Shown in pieces: positions 11,774-24,496 of a stretch of DNA of 43,251 bases. The notes under the pieces were generated by a model. That model had not been told where the DNA came from, searched no databases, and saw only the letters and a list, made by a program, of their open reading frames with translations. The DNA lies in the NCBI GenBank assembly GCA_049999805.1, contig JBNGIO010006264.1, positions 52,834 through 96,084 on the forward strand. Direction: 5' to 3'. Source of the stretch: Folioceros fuciformis. Lineage: Eukaryota. The position numbers were made by a program, and so were the translations under genes. Position 1 is the stretch's first letter. Each line of letters begins with the position of its first letter.

Positions 11774-13537
11774 TTAGACGGTAGAATTGGTCCTTCGCCC
11801 TCCATAGTACAAGCCAGTACCATCTAAGGTGTGTGAATCGCGAGTGTGATATACCACCATGGAATCAAAAAACTTTGGGAAGTGTGTGCCACTTTGTATA
11901 ACCACACCTTCGGCAGGAACAAAGGCATTATTTGATACACTTGCCAATCTATATCTCATGTCGGAAATGTAAGCTGCTGATGGATAGCCTGCAGTACCCT
12001 TCGCTCCTGTCCCTATTTCTGTAGTACCCATAGTGTTGCCAAACTTTTGTCCACCCCATTGAATTCGTGATGCAAACTCTTGTAGACACAATACAGAGGA
12101 ATCAAGACCTTCCATAGCCCAATATCCCACATCTTCATCGTTAACTTGCAACCACCATGTTGATTGATTTGCTCGCGGATCCTAAAGATTATTTATGGAA
12201 ATGTTATTGTGGCATTAGTTGAATGATTATTATATTATTTATAAGCCAAAAAAAGTTGATCCATTACTTACCTCGTATTGCATGGAGATGGAGAATTTAT
12301 TATAGTCACCACTAGGAGTTGAAATTACGTCCCCCAACACGACAGACTTGCTGGTTTGTACAAAGGGACCACATTGAAGGTTGAAACACATTTGACCTTT
12401 ATTTTGAGCATTTCCCTAAATCATGAAAATCAATTTGTTTAGACCTTGCAATGCCAAGATCAAATCTCTTTCAAAAACATGCTAGAGTTCAATGAAGTAA
12501 GTTTAATTACCATAGTCCTGACGTAAAATCGTGGAGAGTGATCAGAGTTGAAGTTAGAGGGATCAACCTGCATTCAACCAATAAGTGTATGTGTCATAAG
12601 TTACATATTCTTACTCCTTTTGTTTGCAGTACCAACACACAGAAAGAGTTAAGTGGTATTACAATGAATCCCGTTTCCAAATATTGCTCGAATACTTGAG
12701 TTCCATTGTTGCACTTTTCACTCATAACCCACAAAGATGCTGTACTAGCATCACTGTTAATATACACATATGGCTTAGTTTGCTGTAAGTATGCGTATGC
12801 TCCCTGATATGCTGCTCCCTCCACAAAGCCATAAGTCCTCTCAATCATTCCATCATTCCAAATCTGTCACAAATATGAGTTTTCCAATCTTACACTTTTG
12901 AAGTGATAAGTCTACTAAACATAATCAAAGAATGTAAACCCGACAATGAATGGTGTCATACCAAAAAGAGTTTTTGATTGGGGTTGAATGGAAGGGAAGA
13001 GTTGTTGAGCGAACTCCATTCTATAGCATTGCTGTTTATGGGTTGGTGGCGCAAGATTGGTATAAAGCCTGTAGGACAAGAGCCTACTTCATGATGGAAT
13101 GACAACCACTTCTTAAACTCCTTCTTTTCATCAAGATTCTTGTGGTTCTAAAAGAACATGAAAACCAATATTGTTATCAAAATGTATCGATATATAAATG
13201 ATTTTACATTTATTTTATTCAATGTGTACTTACTCGCAATAAGTGACCCTTCATATAGGGTTGTTGTAGAGAGGGTTGATCTTCAAGAGGTATGCAGTCC
13301 ACAATATCTCCGCTGGAGAGCTAGAAGTTGAGCATCAATGCACACAGTGTGAGAACAAAGGCATAACATATTTCGAATGCAACCCATCATAAATTCTTAG
13401 AGACAAGGAATGGTTCTTACAACATGAGATTGTAGAACCCGAGGAGTAAAGGCCGAGACACCATTGTGCAAGACACTTGTACCGAATAATTGAATCACGA
13501 GAGTACAGAAGAGCAACATAGTTGCAAAAGGAGACAT
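11774..13537 (-). CDS. Neprosin-family (pro-peptide plus DUF239/glutamic peptidase G3) secreted protein, about 7 exons
   Basis: Signal-like MSPFATMLLFCTLVIQLF. Exons encode SGDIVDCIPLEDQPSL (13234-13320), SCPTGFIPILR, YLETGFI, VDPSNFNSDHSPRFYV, CFNLQCGPFVQ, DP..STWWLQVNDEDVGYW and WGGQ..TEIGTG. Most GT-AG boundaries are visible; the exon 3/4 junction (about 12840-12960) is unresolved and may hide a lesion. Confidence 0.85.
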
Positions 13538-13775
13538 TTTTCTAAAACATTGAACAACATATCTTTGCATTAGCTGAGCACAACCATTTAGAGGTCCAAC
13601 AAAACAAAAAAGGAGACATTTTTCTAAAACATTAAACAATAAGACCTTTGCATCAGATGAGCACAACTATTTAGATCCAACAAAACAAAAAAAAGAAACA
13701 TTTTTCTAAAACAATGAACAATAAGGCCTTTGCATTAGCTGAGCACAACCATTAAAAGATCCAACAAAACAAAAC
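13530..13775. repeat. 82-bp tandem triplication overlapping the neprosin start codon and leader
   Basis: GAGACATTTTTCTAAAACATTGAACAA...GAGCACAACCATTTAGA..CCAACAAAACAAAA occurs three times; minus-strand ATGs at 13537, 13619 and 13701. Confidence 0.85.
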
Positions 13776-16582
13776 ATGCTATTCCGTGACATCTATTTTT
13801 CTCACAACTCTGACTAGCCCTCTCAAGCTCCATTGAGTTATAAAGTATACCTTTGAACAACAACACCCAAACCTGAAAAATTTAACATTGCTTCTTCTAA
13901 CCTTAGAAGTTCAATTCACCGTAAGGCCACTCTTCAAAGTTGATGCTTAGAAACATCTCATGTTCCATACATATGTAGACTAATGGCTTCAATATCGAAA
14001 ACTTTATCTCGATTGTATAGGGTAAATCTAAGGTTAGAATACTTATCTTATCATTCAAATAAAAAATGATATTTAACCAAGTAATTATTTTGACCGTAAA
14101 CTCATCAATCAGAAGTGTAAATTTTGTAAAAATAATCAAGAGAATAATCGCTCCATCCCGAAATTTCCACCCACTAAGGCATTTAGGGTATTTTAATCAG
14201 AATATTTATGTTCTCATTTTTGAAATAGCATGGATGCTTTTAGGCGATATTTGAAACGTTACGAAGAAAGGAAGAAGTCGAGTGCCATGGTATGTATGTA
14301 TGTGTTGTTGCTCCTTCCTAGTCCGACAAGGCTCTTGTTTGTTGCGCCCTGCCTCTCTATGTCCTAGTCATCGTAACTTCACTGGGACTTGCACAAGAAA
14401 CAAGAGTCTTGTGGGTGGTCCTCTTTGACGTTGTTCAGATTGTTTGTAGCTCAGAGCATAATGGACGTTTGTCCCACTACCGACCTGCAATAACATGGTC
14501 ATGGAATGCGGGATGGTGACACTCTAGTCACGGCCAAGAAGAAAAATGACAAGAGGGTCGACTTCCAAGGAAGGAGCTCTAGTGGAGGGCCTGATTGGGG
14601 AGAGCAACATGGGTCAGGATGGCTTTGTGAAGTTGCAGAGGAGGTAGGCTATGTTGTGTATGCAGTTAGGAGCGGATACACTATTAGGAGCAAGTGGGTC
14701 ATTGTCATTTGATGAAACGATGTGACATCCAGCAGGGAGGATAGACCCTCGGTTGCTATGAGTTTCTCTCTATATTCTTGTAACCCAAAAAGCCTGGGTA
14801 GATAAACAAGTTTGTATGTCTCCCAACGGCGGAAGTGTTAGAAATCAAGCTCTAACTGAATTGTTATTAAGAGCATACAACACTTAGGATAGTGTAGATT
14901 ATCCCATATTGAACTCGTAGTTATCTATCACCTAAGTGTTATCAGAATATATCAGGATATACTAGGATATTGCACCCTCGAGACTAAGGCTTACCTTATC
15001 GAGGGTTGCCCCGCCTGAAGGCTATATATGTAACATCCTGTGCACCATAAGTAAGGAACTGTGGAGTCCTTCTAAGCCTGTGGTGCTATTTCAATAGGAA
15101 GGAGTCTTGCGGGTCTGTCTAAAGACCTGCAAGCAAGGAACTAGATGAAACAAACACGGTATGTGTGGGAACCTCCTGAATCCACATGCTTAGAAAGTTC
15201 CCTCAATGGTTGCTTGCCACACTGGCTTGATCTACAAAGATAGGTGGTGAATAAATACTTGGTCATGGTGTCAGTCCCTCCGTCATCTAGCCGGGAATCT
15301 CGTAAGTCAACAAAGGTTCTTAATGTTCTCAATTCCATGCTCTTACGCTCTTTGATCTCCCTACTGGTTTTGAGCTATACTTCTTTGTTGTCTAACCATG
15401 CATAGTAATCTAAACAAAACAAGGGTGTACGTGGTTACTGCTCCTGACTCACAATGACACCCAAGTACACACCCAAGACTCCACAACATGAGAAGTGCAC
15501 ATTGACAATGACAAGCTTGGCTTATATAAGGGAAGTGAGAAGAAAGCAGTGTAGATACGGTAATAGTAATAATCTCATATTAGAAAGGGGTATTAAGTGC
15601 CCTTATATAGGCTTACATAAAGCGGTTCGTAACTGCTGCTATATAACTGTTTTAATAAAACTACTTAAACTGCTTAAACTGTTTTCTTATATCAGCCCTA
15701 GCGAAACGTGCCCTAAAACTCAAGTTTACTGGCGTGTGTGTAAAAACGACAGCGCGTCAATAAGCAGGCCCAACACCCGTGAAATGTAAGGCGACTCCTA
15801 AAACTCGTCAAGTTATTAATGCAAGCAAGTATGTAGTCGTGGGGTCCATCGTGGGGTCCACCACTCTGACATCGGTAGCCGGTGGAGCCAGCATGCCCTC
15901 GGTGGAGTCTGGCATGCACATAGACATTACCTCATACATACACAGCCAACTCACATACGCCCGTGTATGCCGGGGTTGAAACAACTCACATACACCTGTG
16001 TATGTCGAAACAACTAACATACGCCCATATATGGTGGGGTCGAAACTCACATGGACGTCGTTGCCACAGTTTGTGATGGCAAACACTTCAAATCCCGTTT
16101 TCAAGTAAGGGTGTTTTCCTTTAGTACAAAGGGCTCATTCTAAAGCTCACATCAAGAGCTTTCTTCTGAATCAAGAATCAAAGTATACGGGTAAACATGG
16201 AGACAAAAAATTACATTCAAAGAATGAGTTGGTTGCTATCTTCTTTGACACATAGCAAGGCATATACTAGACCATATCAAGATTGAGATAGCTATTTCTG
16301 AAGCCTACAATAAGAGCATTTTTTCAAATCCATTCTTATAGCCTAAGAATCAGTATAGATACTGGAAGAGACATTCAAAGAACTCATAACAAAAGCTGAG
16401 TTGGTTTTTTTTCTTTCACACATCGCTCAAGATACCTTCGACAAAAATAGGGTACAGATGACTCATTTTGAAGCTTGAATTGAGAGCGTTTTTTTGAATG
16501 AAGCCATGGAGTTTGTGGGCAAGTATGGAGACTACGAAAACTATTCAAAGATATGATGACAGAGGCTAGTTGTTGATGAAGA

Positions 16583-17718
16583 TCACACTTGATTCTCATC
16601 TCGTAGGAGGACTGTGGACATCTTCTCCTTCCTCACCTTCTTCGGATGCTTCCAGCAATTTGCAAGCTCAACAATGCTCTTTTTCCGTTTCAAACTATCG
16701 TAAAGACCATTGTCCATTTTGTTGAGCTGAACAGAATTCAAGGTTTGTGCTCCACATAATTGGGCTTCTACTTGTCGTAGCTTACATAACAGAATGTTGG
16801 CTCCAGCATATGCATGTTGAAGCAAAGAAGGACTTATAGATTGTACAAGATCCTGCAGTGCTTGAATTGTATACTCCCAATCTTTGTATGAGCATTTTTG
16901 TAGCATAGCTTGAGGGTTGCTAGAAGCTTGCACCCCTCGGACACATGATGTGTCCTCTCCTACATGACAAGGTTTAGTGTTTGTTGAAGTATTGTTACAT
17001 ACAAGTGTAAGAAGGAGCTCCCGAGTTGGATGCAATTGCCCTTTCATTTGTAATACCTTTGTTTGGTGTTTGCAGAAAAAGCCTTGCATTCCTCTTGGAC
17101 AATTGCAGCATGCCTAGTCCCCTACAGGATTGCAAACAGTGTATATCAACCTTTTATCTGTGTAGCTTTACACAAGAGCTGGTTCTTGATCGTCAGTAGG
17201 AAGTGTAACGTGGTCCTCAGGTATAGAAAAGGAGTCCCTCATTGCATTTTTGATAATCACCTCTTGCTTTCCATTGTGCTTGAAGCCATGTCGTTTTGTA
17301 AAGTGCTTGTGCCAATACACTTTGCATACTGTATCCGTTAGTGTATGGAGCAACCAATCCATACGCCGACCTCGAAGACACATAAAATCATGGCTCAACA
17401 TGGACTTTAAGAAGCCATGTCAAGCTTCAATTGATGAATTGCAGTCCTGGCCAGCATGTGGCATGGTCCTGGAATACTTTAGCCACATAGGTAGCACCCC
17501 CTCTCACTGATTCTTGAAGTGCTGAATGAACTCTGGAGCTTCTCTTTCATAATCCACGTATAATTGTTGTAGCATCTTCCTAGCCTCAGCTTCTGTGTGC
17601 CAATGACGAGAAACATACATAATGTCACCAAGACGACTAAAGGTTGCCACTCTTCTCTTCCACTACCTAACCTTAAGCAAAAGGTGTCGTAGCCAACATT
17701 TTCTAACATGCCATAAAC
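16583..17718 (-). pseudogene. MULE transposase, C-terminal part with SWIM zinc finger; several stop codons
   Basis: Reads (CL)WHVRKCWLRH...HAGQDCNSSIEA*HGFLK...RRMDWLLHTL...CNCPRGMQGFFCKH and is in frame with the N-terminal part across the copia A TSD. Confidence 0.85.
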
Positions 17719-17915
17719 TGTTGAATAGTTAATTAAAAGTTAACTTACATTGCTATTGTGCTTAGGGTTAGAACTTCATGTAGTTAGGTTAAGTTGACGG
17801 TTGTAACTACCTATGCTATTTTAGAGACTCGGGCAAGACCCAGATATTATTCTTTCCTTTTTTTCAATTCTATTCTTCCTTGATGTGCATATAGAACACA
17901 TTTAATAAGAGAACA
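17719..17915 (+). repeat. Copia A 5' LTR
   Basis: TGTTGAATAG...GAGAACA; 8 substitutions relative to 31999-32195 by manual comparison. Confidence 0.95.
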
Positions 17916-17928
17916 TGGTATCAGAGCC
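17916..17928 (+). promoter_or_regulatory. Primer-binding site, initiator tRNA-Met (copia A)
   Basis: TGGTATCAGAGCC immediately after the LTR. Confidence 0.95.
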
Positions 17929-18054
17929 ATATCTGATCTGTGTCTTTCTGTCTTCATTTTTTATTCAAAACTTCATACAATTGAAGTTCTTGAAAAATGA
18001 ATTATATTCATTTTTACAAAATGCAGAATAGACGCAGATTTTTTTAGCGGACGC

Positions 18055-18573
18055 ATGATGCCGAGAAAAGGCATCAGCAGGCAGAATTGGCCATCTGCCC
18101 ATAGACATGGAAAGGCGCAGCAGGTCCCTATTTCTGAATTACAGGATTTTGGGGCACAATTTGAAAGATTATATTTCAAAAACGTTCTATCTTCGGCGGA
18201 GCAACAGGAGAGAACCAGGTTCTTGAAGACTTTTCTTAAATCTTACGGTGCCAATCAGACGGAGGTATATCCATCTGCTAAATCAGGCCTGCAGATTCAG
18301 ACAGAGTCGTCAAATTATACACAACAATCATCTGGAATCTTTAGATGTTGCAAACCCTATTTGCTACACGATGAGCATAAACAATCAGACCTGAATCAAC
18401 GTGACGCTCTCCTCAGCTCTTTGCTGAATGTGAAGTCTTCACTTCTGGAGACTTCTAGACGTGTAGATATCTTGGCTACACGCTTGGAGCGCTTGGAGAA
18501 ACAGCATGCGTTGGAGCAGATTTCAGCAGTTGGTCTGGAACTGGAAGTCAAGAAACATGCTGTAGATCATTAG
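18055..18573 (+). CDS. Extra 172-aa ORF in the copia A leader, upstream of gag; function unknown
   Basis: Open frame between PBS and gag with a coiled-coil-like C-terminus (LLETSRRVDILATRLERLEKQHALE); no family recognised. Confidence 0.3.
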   Translation: MMPRKGISRQNWPSAHRHGKAQQVPISELQDFGAQFERLYFKNVLSSAEQQERTRFLKTFLKSYGANQTEVYPSAKSGLQIQTESSNYTQQSSGIFRCCKPYLLHDEHKQSDLNQRDALLSSLLNVKSSLLETSRRVDILATRLERLEKQHALEQISAVGLELEVKKHAVDH

Positions 18574-18634
18574 CCTTAGAGAGCAACTTGCTAATCTAAG
18601 GCCCTCAACTTCTTAGTAAAGTAAGTCAGACACT

Positions 18635-21600
18635 ATGGCGGCAGACCAATCCTCTGACCGCTTGCAGGAGAAGGATCGACTTACTTCTCATAAGTTTGAT
18701 GCTTGGTCGTTTAGGGTTGGGTGCATTCTTGAGGAAAAACTTCTGATGGATGTCACTGATCCTAAGAGGGTGGCTGGTCAGCCATCTGGCACATTGACAC
18801 CAGGTGGTGTCAATTATGTGCCTTGAACTCAAAAGGATGCAATGGAATGGAATCACAAAGATAGAAAAGCAAAAACCACATTGGTTGGATCTGTTTCACA
18901 GGAGATGATTCCTCGCATAAAGTTGGCCAAGCATGCTCACGGTGTCTGGACTTTGCTGAATGATATGTATGAAGCAAAGGATATGATCTCAGTTGGAACA
19001 GCCACTGTTCATGGGCAAAATCTGCGCATGAGAGAAAATGAGTCAATTGAGGGCTTTGTTGCCAAGTTTAGGGCAGCAACAGCCAGACTTGCTGCATGTG
19101 GAGTTCTCATTGACGATAGTCGAGTTGCTGTTCAGTTTTTGTTAGCCCTTCCTCCAAGCTGTGAAACTTGGAGTTCGAGTATTCAAGCAACAGCACCTGT
19201 TACCCCAGCAACTACGTCCCTAACTGTTCAGAAGTTAGTTGGAGCCCTGCTGCAAGCAGAAGCCAACAGAAAATACATGAACAGCAAGGGTTCTTCAAGC
19301 TCTTCACATAAGCAAAGTGATACTGCTTTATGGTCAAGTCACGGTAGAGGTCGTGGCAGAGGAAGAGGACGTGGACGAGGAAGTTTGGTAGAGGTAGAGG
19401 ACAAACGTCTAGGCCTGACCCTAACTTCAGTTCACAACAGTCAGTGAAGAAAACTGGAGTGTGCAACTACTGTCACAAGCCAGGGCACTGGGCAAGAGAT
19501 TGCAGACTCAAGCAAAGAGATGATGTTGGAAAAGGAAAACAACACGAAATAAATGTGACAAGAGCAACAACACCTAGTTTACTTGCGTCTTGTCTCTCCT
19601 CAGTTACAACTAGTAAGAACCAGTGGTTCTTAGATAGTGGGGCTTCTAACCACATGTGTTCTTCTAAGAAGTCTTTTCTCAACAACAGAGAGGCTCCGAG
19701 TGAGCATACTGTTGTTCTGGGAGATAATTCCCACATTCCTATTAGAGGGATAGGAACAGTTGTCATTACCCTGCAAAATGGCAAGACTTGGGAGTTAGAA
19801 AATGTGTTGCATGTTCTAGCATTGAAGAAACATCTCGTGAGTACTATGGCTTTGGGAAAGATAGGCCTGTACAGAGTCCTGTTTGAGGGCCTTGAGTGTG
19901 TCATAACCAAAACAAACACACCCACAAATGTCATTGCTAGATGCACCCCCTTCTATGACCTGTACATACTCGATTTTGTTTCAGATGTCCCTCCACAGTC
20001 TGTACAATTAACAGAGAAGGGAGTTAGTAAGTCTTCCCTTGCATTTAAATGGCACTGCAGGTTGGGACATCCAAACATTCAAGCTGTGAGACATTTGCTC
20101 AAAGAAAAGATGGTGACAGGTTTCTCTGAGTCCGACTTACCGGATCTAGATCTTTGTCTTGCTTGTGTGCATGGCAAACAGTTTAAATCTCATTTTGGAT
20201 CTGGTAAGCCTAGAAGACAAATGCAAGTGCTGGATTTAGTGCATACTGACATCTGTGGTCCGATGTCTACACCAAGTTGGGGAGGAGCCAGATACTTTGT
20301 GGAGTTTGAGGATGATCGTACCCATTTCACTGTCACTGAGCTGTTGAAACATAAGAGTGATGTCTTTGACAGTTTTAAAAGATACCTGGCATATGTCGAA
20401 CGTCAAACAGGTTTTCAGTTGAAATGTATCCGTTCGGATAATGGGAAGAATACCTATCACATGTGTTTCAGGAGTTTTGTCAGGAACGTGGCATTAGTAG
20501 ACAGCTTACAATTCCATACCACTCAAATATGAATGGCAGAGCAGAACAAAGACACAAGACAATTTAGGATGCTGCTCGAGCTCTTTTGTTCCAGGGGAGG
20601 TTACCTATTCGCTTCTGGGCTGAAGCTGTTCAGGCGGCAACCTATTTGCAGAATCGTACTTCTGTGTCTTCTCTTCTGAAATGCATGCCCTTTGAGTTAT
20701 AGACAGGTGTCAAGCCTAATGTTGCACATCTTCGAGTATTTGGAAGTACAGCCTACGCCCATATCCCAGACAAGCTTAGACAAAAGTTTGCATTTAAGTC
20801 TAGACGACATGTGTTTATAGGTTACACACTTGGGATACACGGATATAAACTTTTTGAGCCTGTCTCCAGACGTGTTGTCCATGCTCGGACAGTTGCTTTC
20901 GATGAACAAGTTGTGCTGAACCCTCCTGATGATTCACCTCCTGTAGAGGCTGAGTTAGCTCCAGCACTTGATCAGTTTGATGTGTTCGAACCAGAGTTTT
21001 TCGATATTGTTGACTTCCCTCTGTTAATCCTGATCCTCCCGTTCAGCCATCCTCCACATCTGATCCAGTAGCTCCTGTTCTTTTAGATCCTTTAGATGCT
21101 GAGTCGGAAGACCACCTAACTGATACTCAGTCTCAACCTGAGCCAAAGCCAAGTCTGGAGCCCGAGCTTGGTGTTGATGATCCTGTTGAATATACTCTTC
21201 CTGTCCCTGAACCTCCTGTCCCTGTTCCTCGACGTTCCACCCGTCTTCATTGTGGACGTGACCAGAGGCTGGAGACGCCCTATCAGGCTAAAGACTGGAG
21301 GGCTCAGCGACCCTTGGTTCCACCTCTCCCTCAGCCAGTGGGAGCTGCTCTTGAACCTGAATCTGTTCATGAGCTTGTCCAGTTGACTGTGCAGCCAGGT
21401 TATGAACCACATTCTTATCAAGAAGCTATCACTGGTCCTGCATCTCAACACTAGAAAGCTGCTATTACCTCCGAGTATGAATCCCTTCTTCACACTCACA
21501 CTTGGGAGCTTTGTCCCCCGCCTAAGGGGAGGAAGATCATCAGCAGCAAGTGGGTTTTTAAACTCATGTACAAGGCTGATGGGACTATAGCGAGGTACAA

Positions 21601-22992
21601 AGCTCGCCTTGTTGCTAGAGGATTCTCTCAGGTGCCGGGGTTAGACTATCATGACACTTTCTCTCCGGTTGTCAAAGCACAGTCCCTACCTGTTCTATTC
21701 TCTATGTCAGCATTCTACAGTCTGTTTATCCATCAAATGGATGTTAAGACCGCGTTCTTACATGGAAAACTGAAAGAAGAAATTTATATGCAGCAGCCCG
21801 AAGGCTATGAAGAGAAGGGACATGAAGACTGGGTTTGTAAGTTGTTGAAAACAATCTACGGCCTCAAGCAATCTCCTAGGGCTTGGTATCAGTGTATTGA
21901 CGAGTTCTTACTTGAGCTTGGCTTCAGAAAGAGTGATGCTGATTTGAATGTATATTTCCTGCAAGATGACATAGGCTTTGTAGTGTTAGCATTATATGTG
22001 GACGACTGCATCCTACTCGGTACAAACCTTGAAGGCATAAACAAGGTGAAAGGGCTCTTATCTGGCAGGTTCGATATGGTTGATGTAGGAGAACTCTCAT
22101 ACTGTCTTGGTACACAACTCCTGCGAGATACATCAAGTGGCACCCTGGTTATTCACTAAGAGAAGTATATTCACGATATGCTGTTTAAGTATAAGTTGAC
22201 AGACTCTAAACCGGCCTCAACTCCAATAGAAGCAGGCAGCAGACTTACAGCTGTGCATTCTCCCATTACTGATTCTGAAAAACTGGAGATGGAAAGTGTA
22301 CCTTACTCTCAGGTTGTTGGATCACTTATATTCTGTTCAAATCAAACAAGGCCAGATATATCACTACTTGTTAGTATGACTTCCCAATTTCTAAAACAGC
22401 GTGGAAGGACTCACTGGACAGCAATGAAATGGATACTGAGGTACCTTAAAGGAACTAGCAGTCATGGCATACATTACACGAAGCAGCAGTACGAAGGTGA
22501 GTCACTTACCTTGCTAGGGTTTTGTGACGCTGATTGGGCAGCAAATCCAGACTCCAGGAAATCAATCTCGTCATATGCATTCTTGCTGGCTAGAGGAGCG
22601 GTTACCTGGTCATCTAAGAAACAGACCACAGTGTCATTGTCGTCCACAGAGTCAGAGTATTATGCTCTCACTCAAGCAGCCAAAGAAGCAATCTGGCTAC
22701 GAAGGCTTCTTAAGGACTTAGGGCAAGAGCAGAACAGCCCACGACAATCTATTGTGACAGTACTGGAGCTTTGTCACTCGCAGAAAATCCCGTATTCCAT
22801 GCGAGGACTAAACACATTGAAGTGCATCATCACTTCATTCGTGGAGCAATATCCTTAGGTCAGATACATTTGAAGTATGTCCCTACAGACTCAAACGCAG
22901 CAGACGTGTTAACAAAAGCACTACCTAAAGGTAAACATCATCAGCTTAAAGAAGCTTTAGGAGCCCTGGACTCCTCTTACCTTTCCAAGTAA
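18635..22992 (+). pseudogene. Copia A gag-pol polyprotein with frameshifts and stops
   Basis: Gag with RG repeat and CNYCHKPGHWARDC knuckle; protease WFLDSGASNH; WHCRLGH and LVHTDICGP/IRSDNG integrase; RT YKARLVARG, QMDVKTAFL, LYVDD; RNase H CDADWA, RTKHIEV. Confidence 0.95.
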
Positions 22993-23348
22993 AGAGAAAG
23001 GTAGACCCTTATTGTCACTATCATTGAGAGCAAGTCATGGACTAGACCTAGAAGGCCGCAGACACAGAGTCACTGTTAGAGTTAGAGCTACTACTAACTG
23101 TCATGTCAAAGAACACACTGTGTGTATCTACATTCAATCTTTCCCTCTGCAACTTTGAAGGTTTGGGGTCGAGGTTGGATCTTGTTGGCTTCACTTCTGT
23201 GTCATTCTCCTTTGCAGCTAGTCCGTGTCAGCTCCCTTGTACGTCATCTGGTGAATCTCTGTCAGGAGTTGATAAAACTGCAGTCAGGAAGTTAGTCTGG
23301 GTAGCATCCTCAAACCACAACAATAGTATGCGTAAGATCAGAGGCTAG

Positions 23349-23785
23349 CTAGGTAGACTTAAGGTAGAAAGAAATAAAATTTCCGTTGTCACCGCCCCAT
23401 CTGAACCAGTCTTCTCTTACCATCTCTATCCTAGTGAGAGTGCAAACATAAGCTTCAGGGGTAAGAGGGTTGTTGATCCCGTCACCGTCAATAACGAGTC
23501 GAACAGTCTTGCTCTTGTGCCCCCTAGGCAATGTGTAGGGTCTCGGGTTGTGTGGCACTGGCAGGACAACGTACTCGTCTTCAATCTGCGGAAGAAGCTT
23601 CACAGCGTTAAGAGGACCTACTGGTGAGAAGCAACTCCATTCAGAGGGAGCATGCGCCAAGTGAGTGGGAGCACGCGTCGAAGCGCCTGAGCCTATAGCT
23701 GGAGCACCAGAAGCCTGAAGGTGTTTTCGGAGAGCTGAGAGTTCTTGTGTGAGGAGAGCTTTTCGTTTTTTCATCTGCCGGAGCT
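23349..23785 (-). CDS. 3' half of copia A antisense ORF, split by element B
   Basis: Joins in frame to 31460-31787 once element B and one TSD are removed, giving 765 nt (254 aa) with junction ...AHWMKKLRQMKKRKALL... Confidence 0.6.
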
Positions 23786-23790
23786 TCTTC

Positions 23791-24066
23791 TGATGAAATG
23801 GGTCTAGATTAGGGCACTATTCATTAGGGCCTCGTAACTTTAAACATTATTATCCACCTAGGGTTTATTTAGGTAGTTAGTGGTTATATTACTTATATTA
23901 GTTGTAACCGCTTACGGTTGCAACTACTTACGGTTGCAACTACTTACGGTTGCAACAACTTATGGTTGCAACCGCCCAACCACCTAGCCTATTTAAAGGC
24001 TTGTACTTTACTCATTAATTGATTCCGTTGTTTTCTTTCCTATCTGAGAACTATTGATTCTCATCA
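23791..24066 (+). repeat. Copia B 5' LTR with four internal 16-bp repeats (CTTACGGTTGCAACTA)
   Basis: Direct repeat of 31200-31459; TATA-like CTATTTAAA. Confidence 0.95.
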
Positions 24067-24078
24067 TGGTATCAGAGC
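24067..24078 (+). promoter_or_regulatory. Primer-binding site, initiator tRNA-Met (copia B)
   Basis: TGGTATCAGAGC directly after the LTR. Confidence 0.95.
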
Positions 24079-24496
24079 ATCTTTGCTCTCTTGCGTATGC
24101 TTATGTTTCTTATATGTGAGGAGATTGTTTACAAGGCACTCTTAAATCTAGCATTTGTCAAAATGGAGCGCTATTGTCCTATATTCTCTATTTCACCAAT
24201 TCTTTATCTCTTCCTTTAACATGCTTATACTCTTGTTTTGTTAAATAAAAAATAGAATTCAAACTCCATCTCTTCATGATTTTTATGATCAATTTTCATC
24301 TCTCAAAATTCAGGTCTCTAATCTACAAACTGAATTATTTGATTTGAAATCAAAATTTTCTTTGATTAATACTAATCGAGAATTAGAGAGTAGGCCATCT
24401 TCTCCTGAAAACAGCCTAATGGATGAATTCTATATGTGCAATAAAATTGAACATAAGCCTTACCGCCACAACTTTGTCCTTTGAGGACGATTAGCA

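Noticed and set aside
14836-15789. Possible fourth nesting level: LTR-like sequence (TGTTAG start, hairpins, minus-strand TATATAA) ending CTTAACA at 33791 once the MULE is removed
   Set aside because: No matching TSD (GGAAG or TTCTT versus AAGGC), no PBS or PPT and no second copy in the window; plausible solo-LTR relic but unsupported.
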